NCBI GenBank assembly: GCA_002269645.1
Contig: NIVC01001057.1
Location: 1-64,000 of the forward strand
From: Macrostomum lignano
Taxonomy: Eukaryota
Reading direction: 5' to 3'
Length of the DNA: 64,000 bases
Positions 25,312 to 36,702 of the stretch are shown here, one piece after another. Both the position numbers and the translations under genes were made by a program. A model generated the notes under the pieces. The model was not told where the DNA came from and made no database searches. It was given only the letters and a program-made list of their open reading frames with translations. Within the stretch, counting starts at the first letter, position 1; every line of letters begins with the position of its first letter.

Positions 25312-28300
25312 ATGAAGCTGCAGTTGCCACTGCTTCTCCTGCCGCTGCTTCTGCCTCTGTCGGCCGCCACCGCCGCCGCAACCGCCGCCGCCGCTGCCGA
25401 TTCGAAGGTCGCGACTGCCGACGCGCTGCAGGCGACGCTGGACGCTCTGACGGCCGCGGTTGATTTTGTCAGCGACAACATTGACAGCGTCAACTTGGAC
25501 GGCGCCATCGGCCTGCGGATGGCCGAGGGTACGCTGGGGCTTCTGGATGTCACACTAACCTGTCACTCTGAATGTCACACTAACCTGTCACTCTGAATGT
25601 CACACTAACCTGTCACTCTGGATGTCACACACTAACCTGGCACTCTGGATGTCACACTAACCTGTCACTCTGAATGTCACACACTAACCTGTCACTCTGG
25701 ATGTCACACTAACCTGTCACTCTGGATGTCACACTAACCTGTCACTCTGGATGTCACACTAACCTGTCACTCCGGCTGTCGGTGAATACAAAACACCCCT
25801 GATTATTATAAAAGATTATTGAAGTGATCAGAGAAGAGCCGCCCGAACCCGCAGGCCAAACGAAGGCGCTGCTCGCCCACTACTGGAGCCGCCTGCCTCA
25901 GGGCGCGGCCGCCCGCCTCGCTGAGCTGCACAGCCGGGCCGGCCGAGCCGCCAACCGGGCCGTCCAGTCGGTGCGCAGGCGGACGCCGGTGTACTACGCC
26001 AGTGAGTGACAGCCGCGCCCGTAGAAACAGAAGCCACCCCATTCCGACCAGGGCAGCCCTGGGTCTGAGCCGCTGTGAATCTGAGATGCGCACTCGCTTG
26101 TTGGCTGCAACAAGTCGGCTTCTCCCATCGCATCCTCCATTATCTCTAATCCTCTTGTGATTCTTTAATCCCTTCGTTTCGCATGCAGACGCTGGAAACA
26201 TGATCCGAGAGCACTTCTGGGACACCTTCTACCCCGCCCGGCCGCTGCCTCGCGCCGCCGTGCGCGCCGCCGACAAGGACAAGGACTTTGATGAGAAATT
26301 CAGCGATGACTGCATCAAAGAGTTTTATGGGCCCGACGGGTGAGTGACGACTCGCTGCTTCTTGTCCCATCAGAGGTTTCTGCGTTCCTCTTGGGTCTCG
26401 TGGGGGTTGAGCGGGCGTGCGCTTTGACTCCATGTTGTAATCGTTCCTGATTTTAACTCCGTGCGTGTGCTCATTGTCCAGTGCTCACGCTCTATGCTCT
26501 ACCGTAACTTTAATTAATGTACTTGGTTGGTATTTTAGCCCTTGGGTTGGGGTTGCTGCGATTGAACCTCGTTTATGCGAGTAATAAATCGTCTCGTTGT
26601 TTGTCACTCGGCACTTTCGTCTCGCCTCGCATACTCTCTGCTCTTGACTTGCTCCTTTAACAGTTCCCTTCCCTGAGCTGTCTGTGTTTTCTTTTCCCTG
26701 AGCTGTCTGTGTTTTCTTTTCCCTGAGCTGTCTGTGTTTTCTTTTCCCTGAGCTGTCTGTGTTTTCTTTTCCCTGAGCTGTCTGTGTTTTCTTTTCCCTG
26801 AGCTGTCTGTGTTTTCTTTTCCCTGAGCTGTCTGTGTTTACTTTTCCCTGAGCTGTCTGTGTTTTCTTTTCCCTGAGCTGTCTGTGTTTTCTTTTCCCTG
26901 AGCTGTCTGTGTTTTCTTTTCCCTGAGCTGTCTGTGTTTTCTTTTCCCTGAGCTGTCTGTGTTTTCTTTTCCCTGAGCTGTCTGTGTTTTCTTTTCCCTG
27001 AGCTGTCTGTGTTTTCTTTTCCCTGAGCTGTCTGTGTTTTCTTTTCCCTGAGCTGTCTGTGTTTACTTTTCCCTGAGCTGTCTGTGTTTTCTTTTCCCTG
27101 AGCTGTCTGTGTTTTCTTTTCCCTGAGCTGTCTGTGTTTTCTTTTCCCTGAGCTGTCTGTGTTTTCTTTTCCCTGAGCTGTCTGTGTTTTCTTTTCCCTG
27201 AGCTGTCTGTGTTTTCTTTTCCCTGAGCTGTCTGTGTTCCCTTCCCTGAGCTGTCTGTGTTCCCTTCCCTGAGCTGTCTGTGTTCCCTTCCCTGAGCTGT
27301 CTGTGTTCCCTTCCCTGAGCTGTCTGTGTTCCCTTCCCTGAGCTGTCTGTGTTCCCTTCCCTGAGCTGTCTGTGTTCCCTTCCCTGAGCTGTCTGTGTTC
27401 CCTTGCCTGAGCTGTCGTAAGGGTTTCTTTCCCTCTATCATCTACCATGCCCGCCATCATCAGCTGCCCGCCACCATCAGCTGCCCGCCACCATCAGCTG
27501 CCCGCCACCATCAGCTGCCCGCCACCATCAGCTGCCCGCCACCATCAGCTGCCCGCCACCATCAGCTGCCCGCCACCATCAGCTGCCCGCCACCATCAGC
27601 TGCCCGCCACCATCAGCTGCCCGCCACCATCAGCTGCCCGCCACCATCAGCTGCCCGCCACCATCAGCTGCCCGCCACCATCAGCTGCCCGCCACCATCA
27701 GCTGCCCGCCACCATCAGCTGCCCGCCACCATCAGCTGCATGCCACCATCAGCTGCCCGCCACCATCAGCTGCCCGCCACCATCAGCTGCCCGCCACCAT
27801 CAGCTGCCCGCCACCATCAGCTGCCCGCCACCATCAGCTGCCCGCCACCATCAGCTGCCCCACTCCACCCCACCGCGCCTCTTCAGGAAGTCGCCAGGCT
27901 GCTCGGTCTCAGAGCGCTGCTGGCGAGGCCTGGTGCTGCCCACAGGACTCACGGGCTACTCGCTGACTCACCAGCTGTTCTACCTCATGAACGGCGTCCA
28001 GGTGAGGCGTTATACCTGTTGCTCAGTCATAGCGAAATTTTGATGAAAGTTCCTTAGCTAACAAAACACTTCATGCTGAGGCAAAGCTGCCCCTCTGTTC
28101 GGAGAAGGTTTCTTCTTGCAGCTCGAGTCCACTGCACCGTCCCGCAGGCCGGCTGCCTGTCCAACCTGACCGCCCAGGCTCGCGCCCACCCTCCCGCCGG
28201 CACCGACGGCAGTCTGGCCGGCGTCTTCGACAACTTCTGCGCAAGGATCTTCGTTGAGGCCAGCAAGCTGGAGACGGCCGGCTTCCCCAAGCCGGACAGG

Positions 28301-29375
28301 GACCTCTTCATGGAGCAGGGTGAGCAGGGACAATGACCTCTTCATTGAGCAGGGTGAGCGGGGTCAATGACCTCTTCATGGAGCAGGGTGAGCAGGGACA
28401 ATGACCTCTTCATGGAGCAGGGTGAGCAGGGACAATGACCTCTTCATGGAGCAGGGTGAGCAGGGACAATGACCTCTTCATGGAGCAGGGTGAGCAGGGT
28501 CAATGACCTCTTCATGGAGCAGGGTGAGCAGGGACAATGACCTCTTCATGGAGCAGGGTGAGCAGGGACAATGACCTCTTCATGGAGCAGGGTGAGCAGG
28601 GACAATGACCTCTTCATGGAGCAGGGTGAGCGGGGTCAATGACCTCTTCATGGAGCAGGGTGAGCAGGGACAATGACCTCTTCATGGAGCAGGGTGAGCG
28701 GGGTCAATGACTTCTTCATGAAGCAGGGTGAGCGGGGTCAATGACTTCTTCATGGAGCAGGGTGAGCAGGGACAATGACCTCTTCATGGAGCAGGGTGAG
28801 CGGGGTCAATGACTTCTTCATGGAGCAGGGTGAGCAGGGACAATGACCTCTTCATGGAGCAGGGTGAGCGGGGTCAATGACTTCTTCATGGAGCAGGGTG
28901 AGCGGGGTCAATGACCTCTTCATGGAGCAGGGTGAGCGGGGTCAATGACTTCTTCATGGAGCAGGGTGAGCGGGGTCAATGACTTCTTCATGGAGCAGGG
29001 TGAGCGGGGTCAATGACTTCTTCATGGAACAGGGTGAGCGGGGACAATGATCGTAATTCATCCATCTGAAGCTGAACATGCTGCACCCCGCCCCCAGTGG
29101 GTCTCTGTGGCCTGGCGGGCTACCCGGAATTCGCCCGATGGCGCTGGCTGCCGGTGCTGCTGAGCTGGCAGCGGGCCAACGGCTGCTTCGGCGAGTTCCC
29201 CGGCGAGCTCATCAATCCTTCGAACTTCGATCCCGGTCTCTATGGCAACTACAAGCGCAGGAGGAAGCGCGCCGAGATGCGGATGCCGGAGGGCTGCCTG
29301 TCACACCGGACCTCGGTGGCCATAGCCGGGCTGACCGCCTACTGCAGGCGGCTCGTGGAGACGCTCGCCGATTGA
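25312..29375 (+). CDS. C16orf89: Secreted UPF0764 protein, C16orf89 homolog
   Basis: Exons 25312-25528, 25855-26001, 26189-26339, 27887-28001, 28148-28319, 29098-29375, phase-consistent. Signal peptide; NLDGAIGLRMAE, FDEKFSDDC, GYSLTHQLFY, FCARI...RDLFMEQ, CGLAGY..F..WRWL..LLSWQ..NGCFGE and GCLSHRTSVAIAGL correspond in order to recalled C16orf89 motifs. Confidence 0.87.
25547..25772. repeat. 25-bp minisatellite (GTCACACTAACCTGTCACTCTG[A/G]AT); paralog at 33505-33700
   Basis: Direct reading; each unit contains CTAAC. Confidence 0.93.
26660..27415. repeat. 25-bp then 23-bp minisatellite (CTGAGCTGTCTGTGTTTTCTTTTCC)
   Basis: Direct reading; intron 3 of the C16orf89 homolog. Confidence 0.95.
27445..27860. 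repeat. 17-bp minisatellite (GCCCGCCACCATCAGCT)
   Basis: Direct reading; ends about 25 nt before the acceptor at 27886. Confidence 0.95.
28301..29048 (+). repeat. 34-bp minisatellite built from an exon-intron junction (19 exon nt plus GTGAGC donor and following intron nt), 22 copies
   Basis: Unit GACCTCTTCATGGAGCAGG|GTGAGCAGGGACAAT; the first copy is the real exon 5 end. Confidence 0.95.
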
Positions 29376-29692
29376 GGAACCCTCCGTGTGCTCGCAGAGA
29401 GAATGAAAATAAATTTGGAATTTCGGCAATGAAAAAGTCCCACCCACAGCCATCTGTGTGACCTGGGGATGCAGCTATTTTTCGGAGCTTCATCAAAAGC
29501 AACATTTTATTTGCTGGCTTGTGGAAGCTTCTTATTTGGGTTCAGTTCACCATATTCAGTTGAGCCCGGGTTTGCCCCAGTGATAGTCTCAGCTCTGATA
29601 GGACAGGCAGGGAGAAGAAATGAATGAAGAAGAACCCGGCAGCCAATCAGAAGGCGAGGAGGGAGAGGCTTTAAGGAATGAAAAAATACCTT

Positions 29693-29742
29693 GGAGTCCA
29701 CGAAGAAGCCTGGCCGTAGCGGGTGGGGAAGTTGCCCAGCAT
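29693..29742 (-). pseudogene. About 50-bp relic of MOB2 exon 2 in the duplicated block
   Basis: Aligns to 34686-34737 (CCTGGCCGTAGCGGGT..GGAA.TTG.CCAGCAT); translates MLGNFPTRYGQA versus MLDNFPTRYGQA. Confidence 0.8.
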
Positions 29743-29749
29743 GTGAGCG

Positions 29750-30065
29750 CACCCAACCCACCAATTATCTCCGCTGAGCTCCCAGTGTACAGTGGCGCAT
29801 CCACCCCACCAATTATCTCCGCTGGGGTCCCAGTGTACAGGGCGCATCCACCCCGCCAATTATCTTAGCTGGGGATCCCAGTGTACAGGGCGCATCCACC
29901 CCGCCAATTATCTTAGCTGGGGATCCCAGTGTACAGTGGCGCATCCACCCCACCAATTATCTTCGCTGGGGTCCCAGTGTACAGTGGCGCATCCACCCCA
30001 CCAATTATCTTCGCTGTGGTCCCAGTATACAGTGGCGCACCCACCCCACCAATTATCTCCGCTGG
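29750..30065. repeat. 48-bp tandem repeat, 6-7 copies (single copy at about 34861-34900)
   Basis: CCAATTAT anchors spaced about 48 bp. Confidence 0.9.
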
Positions 30066-30529
30066 GGATTCAAGTGCTGATTCAAATCGTTGATTTATCA
30101 ACTGACTTCAACAAAGCATTCGCCTTCAGTCCATTAAAACAATTGAGCAGAATTTACAGCCCACTGACTCGAGCATTTGCCCTCACTGCGACACGCACCG
30201 ACTGGCTTCTTTTCAGCTGAAAGCCATTAATCGGCAGTCACGGTCTGAGCGATTTTAAAAAGCATTGAAAACAATCGGAGAAAGCATAGCCTGGAGCTCG
30301 AAGGTAAAAAACCAGAGCTCGCGCTAATTGCAATACCTGCCTGCCAATCGCCTGAGCCACTCAGCTCGATTGGAAATGATTGCAAGCAGAATTTTCCCCC
30401 ACTCAACCGGTAAGAGAGAGGCGCCTTGTCTAGACTGCTCAGACTAAAATCTGCCGAGTTAACCTAAGCCGTAAATGAAGCATACGAGCGCCGTAGTCTC
30501 GAGATGGTCTCGCTTTTGATTCATGAGTC

Positions 30530-30690
30530 CGAGCTGCCCCCTCAATGAGTCCTCAGACTGAGAGCTGCCCCCTCCCCCCTCAATGAGTCCTCAGACTGAG
30601 CTGCCCCCTCAATATTAATGAGTCCTCAGACTGAGCTGCCCTACCCCCCAATGAGTCCTCAGACTGAGCTGCCCCCTCAATGAGTCCTCC
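30530..30690. repeat. Short tandem repeat with core GAGTCCTCAGACTGAGCTGCC (single copy at about 34990-35010)
   Basis: Direct reading. Confidence 0.85.
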
Positions 30691-30904
30691 GACTGACTCA
30701 CTTTGCTTCACACCCCTTCACGCGCTGGTGGGGAGCGGGTCCTGAATTCCCCCTTAATCTCGAGACCGCCTTGGCTGGGGACTTCGCATAAGGTTAGCCT
30801 GACTCGCTCGTTTTCTCCAATGGGTTCAAATAGCTCACTTAAGGACTCATTGAGCGCGGCAGATAGGTCTGAGTATTAGTTATAAGATAAATAATCATGT
30901 TTAC

Positions 30905-31545
30905 TTGCGCTCTCCCTTCATTCACAGCGCCTCCCTTCATTCACAGCCCCTCCCTTCATTCACAGCACCTCCCTTCATTCACAGCACCTCCCTTCATTCA
31001 CAGCACCTCCCTTTATTCACAGCACCTTCCTTCATTCACAGCACCTTCCTTCATTCACAGGGCCTTTCTTCATTCACAGTGCTTCTTTTCATTCACAGCG
31101 CCTTCCTTCATTCACAGCACCTCCCTTCCTTCATTCACAGCACCTCCCTTCATTCCCAGCGCCTCCCTTCATTCACAGCACCTCCCTTCATTCACAGCGC
31201 CTCCCTTCATTCACAGCGCCTCCCTTTATTCACAGCGCCTCCCTTCATTCTTTCCCTTCATTCTCAGCACCTCCCTTCATTCTTTGTTTCATTCACAGCA
31301 CCTCCCTTCATTCACATCACCTCCCTTCATTCACATCACCTCTATTCATTCACAGTACTTCCCTTCATTCTTTTCCTTCATTCAAAGCACCTCCCTTCAT
31401 TCACAGCGCCTCCTTTCATTCACAGCACCCCCTTCATTCACAGCGCCTCCCCTTCATTCACAGCACCTCCCCTTCATTCACAGCACCCCCTTCATTCACA
31501 GCACCCCCTTCATTCACAGCACCCCCCTTCATTCACACACCTCTT
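30905..31545. repeat. Degenerate 19-bp minisatellite paralogous to 24375-25010
   Basis: Same CAGC(G/A)CCTCCCTTCATTCA unit, preceded by the same unique flank (24230-24345 versus 30720-30832). Confidence 0.92.
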
Positions 31546-32409
31546 CGTCAATTCAACAGCTAATAATAATGCAATTTGTGCTTGTCAAGCTCTCTGTCAG
31601 GACAGCAGCTGGCATGCAGATGCTTCAGCTACATGCTGTGCACGGATCGCACAGGTGCGCCAGTTTTGATTTACATAAAAATCTGCTCTGGCGTAGCGCG
31701 AACAGGCGGCCCTCGCATTGTTTCTTGGCTGCATGGCTTAGTTAAATGTTGCAGCATTTTCAAGTATTGATCTTTGTTTAGCAAATTTTTAGGTTATTAT
31801 AACAGTAGGAATATCAAGCCACTACACGCCCGTAAAAAACACCAAGACATTTTTCTTGCTGCACCCCAACGGAGCAACCCAGGAACACGAAATTCGAATT
31901 GGATTTTACAGTAATTGCGAGAACGCATTCAGTGCAAACCCTTCTGCGCCAATCAGCACTGCGCCTCAGTGCAGCCTTGCCAAGCTTTCAGATTTCACCA
32001 GCAGGTTTACCGCATGTGTCTGCATCAGCTCTGACTTCAGTGGCCACAGGTAATTGCCCGGGTAGAGCTTCTGAACCTTTGGAGACCTTGTTGCGACTGT
32101 GTCCTGCAGTCTAATGTCCAATGGGCATTGTACAATGTCCTCTACCCAATGTCATAAATTTTTCTGGCAAGTCCTGATTATTGGCAAACCTCAACTGCTG
32201 AACTTTCTCAGCTAGTCTTTCAAGCATTCAGTCATCATCCTGACGCTGTCGGCATCTTCAGCATGAGGCACTGGCTACATACCGTAATCAACCTGCTGGA
32301 TACTCTGTAATTCTCGCAGTTCAGTAAATAACTGTGGCATAGAATTTTAGATTCATGAGACTGCGCGATTGGGTCTCTGTGGATAGTATTCTCTCTGCAT
32401 CTCTAGAGA

Positions 32410-32750
32410 GATAGATAGCATCTCCTTATCTCCCTGCATCTCCTTATCTCCCTGCACCTCCCGTCTCTCTGCATCTCCCGGCTCCCTGCATCTCTTTATC
32501 TCCCTGCATCTCCCATCTCTCTGCATCTCCCGGCTCCCTGCATCTCCTTATCTTCCTGCACCTCCCGTCTCTGAGCATCTCCCAGCTCCCTGCATCTCTT
32601 TATCTCCCATCTCTCTGCATCTCCCGGCTCCCTGCATCTCCTTATCTCCCTGCATCTCCCGTCTCTCTTCATCTCCCGGCTCCCTGCATCTCCCGTCCCT
32701 CTTCATCTCTCGGCCGTTCCCTGCATCTCTGCGTCTCTCTGCATCTCCCG
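32410..32750. repeat. Pyrimidine-rich degenerate minisatellite (CTCCCTGCATCTCCC core)
   Basis: Direct reading. Confidence 0.85.
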
Positions 32751-33504
32751 TCTATCAATATACGCTCGCATTTGCACACCAGCCTAACAAACGAGGCCGG
32801 TAGAGCCGCCCGCAGTGAGAGTGGCCGCAGGGATTCCAGCAGTCCCAATCAATCTTCCCTGCATCGGAAGCAGCTGGGCCGGGCCGGGGGTGGCGAAGAG
32901 GAAGCGGCGGGCAGCGGATCGCCCGCCACGATAAGCCCAGGTGCCCGACTGCCTCACCCGTCCTCACAAGATGTAGAAAATGTTGATCCGAGAGTCTGGA
33001 TGCATGGGATGCTGGGCCACCCCCCTCCCCACCGATACCCCGCTGATCAATGAGTCGCAGCTCTCGCACCGAGAGCAGCATTGCAGTTTATTGCGGAACG
33101 CAGACGCGAAGCCCCACAGCGGAACTTCAGCAACAAAAGCAGCAGCTGCTTTCGCTGCGCTGAATGCGGACAGCGGGCTCTGAAGCCTTTGTGAGACATT
33201 GCTGAACTAGAAATAGAAATTCATTCGCTTCATTCTCTCTCAGAATGTCTTTGAATTCTGCTAAGCTCTACGTTATTTTGCGCAAGTCCCGCTCTGCTTC
33301 AACTCCTATAAGTACCAAAATGCAGTGGAACCAAATTATTCTAGGATCTTGAGTAGTGCGAATTTCCTAGTGAATCTGGCCAATGCGTTTTGCAGCAAAA
33401 GCAGACCTGCACTGAAATTTGCACGACTTGCGAGTGTAGCAGACGAATGAAGGAATGAAAGCTCACAGGATTGGCAGGTACTGCATCGTGTCGGAGGGAA
33501 TAGC

Positions 33505-33838
33505 CTGTCACTCTGAATGTCACACTAACCTGTCACTCTTACTGATACACTAGCCTGTCACTCTGAATGTCACACTAACCTGTCACTCTTACTGATAAAC
33601 TTGCCTGTCACTCTGAATGTCACACTAACCTGTCACTCTGAATGTCACACTAACCTGTCACTCTTACTGATACACTTGCCTGTCACTCTGAATGTCACAC
33701 TAGGGAGACCAGGCAGCCAATCAGGAGGCGAGGAGGGAGAGGCTACAAGGAACGAAGAGAGACCAGGCAGCCAATCAGGAGGCGAGGAGGAAGAGGTTAC
33801 AAGGAACGAAGAGAGACCAGGCAGCCAATCAGGGGGCG
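33505..33838. repeat. 25-bp CTAAC minisatellite followed by an about 54-bp repeat x2.5 (GGCAGCCAATCAGG core; single copy at about 29630-29690)
   Basis: Direct reading. Confidence 0.88.
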
Positions 33839-34446
33839 ACCAAAGACAGACTCTGCATTGTTCGGCCGGGTTCCAGTCCAAAAGACACTGAAATAACAAA
33901 CACACGCAGGGCAAGAAAAGCACGATTAGATACAGGCTAATCCAGTTAAATAAAGCATCATAATGCGCCTATTTGGATAGGCAAGATATATATTGTGCAT
34001 TGATACAAAGGGACTCTGAAACTGTCGCTAGAACATCAGCGGCAAGTCAGTCAGATCAGGAATAGGTGCAATAATAGTTAACAAATTGCTCTAAGGTGCG
34101 AGGCCAATGAAAAACAAATGAGGCGAAGGCCCGGGCCGCAGGGCGTCTTGTGTACAAACTCAGTTAGCGCCGCGAATGCATCCAGTTTTTAGGGATCATA
34201 AATCATCAGCTCGAGCATCTGGGTTACGCAGATAAATAGTTAGACATCGGAGCGGGGTGGATCACAGCTGTAGAATTCGGATTAACAGCGGGTCGGAGGG
34301 GAATCAGACCCTGGGACAGCGAGGCGTGGCAGCCCCAGAAATGAAAAAGACCAGGGCCCAAAGCTGAAAGACCAAGATGGAGCAGCCTTGCCAAGTCTGC
34401 GAAGGTCATGGGCTTCAGAGGAGGCCGGCTGGCCGATCCCGGCAGC

Positions 34447-35589
34447 TCAGGCGGTGGAGCAGCCCGCGCCATCCACCGGCCGCATGAGGGCCGCCTGCAG
34501 ATCCGCCAGCACTTCAACGTCCTTGTCGTCCACAATGCGGAATTTCAGGTTGAACGCCAGCAGGTGCCGCGCCACCGTGTTCAGGTGAGGCGTCAGGTCC
34601 ATGCGGAGCACGGAGTCAAAGTGGCAGGCGTACACGTGAGCCAGGATGTGCAGCAGGTGCCGCAACACGCAGGCGGACACGGCGTGGAAGTCCATGAGGA
34701 AGGCCTGGCCGTAGCGGGTTGGGAAATTGTCCAGCATCTCCTGGCACTGCGTCAGCAGGCTGTCAATGTGGTTGCGGGCCGAGGACCGGGCCTGCAGGGG
34801 TTCGGCGTGCGAACAAATGAGCTGTGCTCAGACTGGTCTCTTGTGAAACTGCGGAAAATGGCGCACCCACCGCACCAATAATCCCCGCTGGGAATCCCGG
34901 TGTTGATTTAAATCGTTGATTGATCAATTGATTTCAACAAAGCATTCGCCTCCAGTCCATTAAAAATTAGAGTAGAATATACAGTCTATTGAGTCCTCAG
35001 ACTGAGCTGCCATGGTGGAGTTGCTGATGTCTTTTTACTGATCTAAAATCACGCATCAAATCGCCTATGCAAATACGCAAGCAAATAAGCAAAAAACTCA
35101 TAGTGAAGACTCACACTATTCCAAAAGTATTCACCAGCCTCATCTAAGCCATAATGTATCAAATTTAAGTGCAATTTCACTCCCGAAACCCTGAACGCCT
35201 GAGAACTACAGTAACACTGACTGCATACAGATTCTCACAAGCCATCAGAAAATGCGCACCTTCTTAGTCTTTTCTTCGGGAGCGCAGAAGTTCACCCCGC
35301 CCGGCCCGGTGAACTTCTCGCAATTGCAGAAGTCGTACACGGCCTCGAACACCGTGCTGACGTTCTCATACAGGGCGCACACGTGGGTGGCCACCCATTC
35401 ATTTTGCTGCAGCAGCAGCGGCTGCTCAAGCAGCTGGTCCAGATCGGTGCCCAGCACAATCTGCTTTGCCGCGTGCTCCGGCTGGGTGTACAGACGGCAC
35501 TCCTCGCTGCTGTTGTTACCGGCAGACGACGGGCTGCGGTCGGCGGCTGAGCTGGGCCGGCCGCGGGCCTTGCCGATTAACCAGTCCAT
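34447..35589 (-). CDS. MOB2: MOB kinase activator 2
   Basis: Exons 35589-35260 and 34791-34447 (phase 0). MDWLIGK start, LY..PEH, NEWVATH, FPTRYG, RHLLHILAH.Y..HF and HLNTV..H match recalled MOB2 features (MDWLMGK, FPTKYG, RHLFHVLAHIYWAHF). Acceptor just upstream of the ATG. Confidence 0.88.
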
Positions 35590-36702
35590 GCGGCCGCGGC
35601 TGTCTGTGGGAAGGCGAAAAATAATTAGGCGCTCAATGCAGACTACTGATAATAGCAAGTCAGTAGCACAGAGAATATCGCTTGTAAATTCTGCTTTCGC
35701 ACAGTAAAAGAAAAGCAATACAATTTTTTTCCTAAACCCAGTGTTCGGTATGATTGTTAATATTTGATTGGAGTCAAGACCTTGTTTAGTCCCCACCCAA
35801 GACCCAATTAGTAGTGTATAAAAATCGAATTGGGTTGAAATATTATTTAAGACAAGGATCTATATATGATTATTGGGATGCTAAGATTCTTCGATTGGGA
35901 TTAGGATCAAATATGTTGTAGTCTATAATATGAGCTACTGAGTACATATAATGACAGCTATACCTCTTCACTAAGCATAAAAGCATGTATGCTAGAATAT
36001 TTTTCCCTTATAACTGTTATCATTTATTTGTATTTTATAAAAAAGAATACATGTGTTTTTGGTGCCCACATATAGTGTCATATTTTGAATCAAATTTTTA
36101 CCACAGATAGGAGGCCTGATGTTACAACTGGCAAAATGAATTAGTGCCCATTCTGCTAACTCCTCTGAGTAGACACACCACAGATATGTATGCAGTTATA
36201 TGCACAGGCACATGCTCACAAGAGTGTACAGTAGCCCTAACTTTATTTATTGTTAGGCATGTACACTTCTCTATACCTTGGAGATTAGACTTAAAGGATG
36301 TTTATTACACAAGCAGGTCAAAGCTGAGATTTAAATTTAGTCCTAAATTTTAATGTTATTGCACTTAGAATTGAGCCTAGGTTGCTGGCTTATAAGAGTA
36401 CTTTGTTAGACCAATAGGTAATAGACCCCTTGTTCAATTAATATTAGTCTATAAAAATAGCATCACTTAACTTAAGAAAAGAAAAACATCAAAGTCTTAT
36501 ACAGTAGATCATAGTCTAAAAGACATTAGATTAAAGCTATCCTAATCAGTTTTTTGTATCTTGTATTTCAGAATGTTCAAGATAAATTGCTCACTAGTGC
36601 ATGCCATAGAGTGGCAACTTTTCAATGTTGTTGAGTATATATAAAAAGCATATATATTCTTAGAACCTATGAATTGAAATTGGTACTTTGTTGCTAAGTA
36701 TA

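Noticed and set aside
26485-28057. Lys/Gln-rich 318-aa and 267-aa ORFs and the PATISC repeat ORFs
   Set aside because: Periodicity equals the 25-, 23- and 17-bp repeat units; they lie in an intron of the C16orf89 homolog.
31810-32305. Possible two-exon fragment (RIGFYSNC...QC, donor at about 32050; next exon about 32231-32305)
   Set aside because: Open frame and splice signals exist, but no recognisable family, no start exon and weak codon bias.
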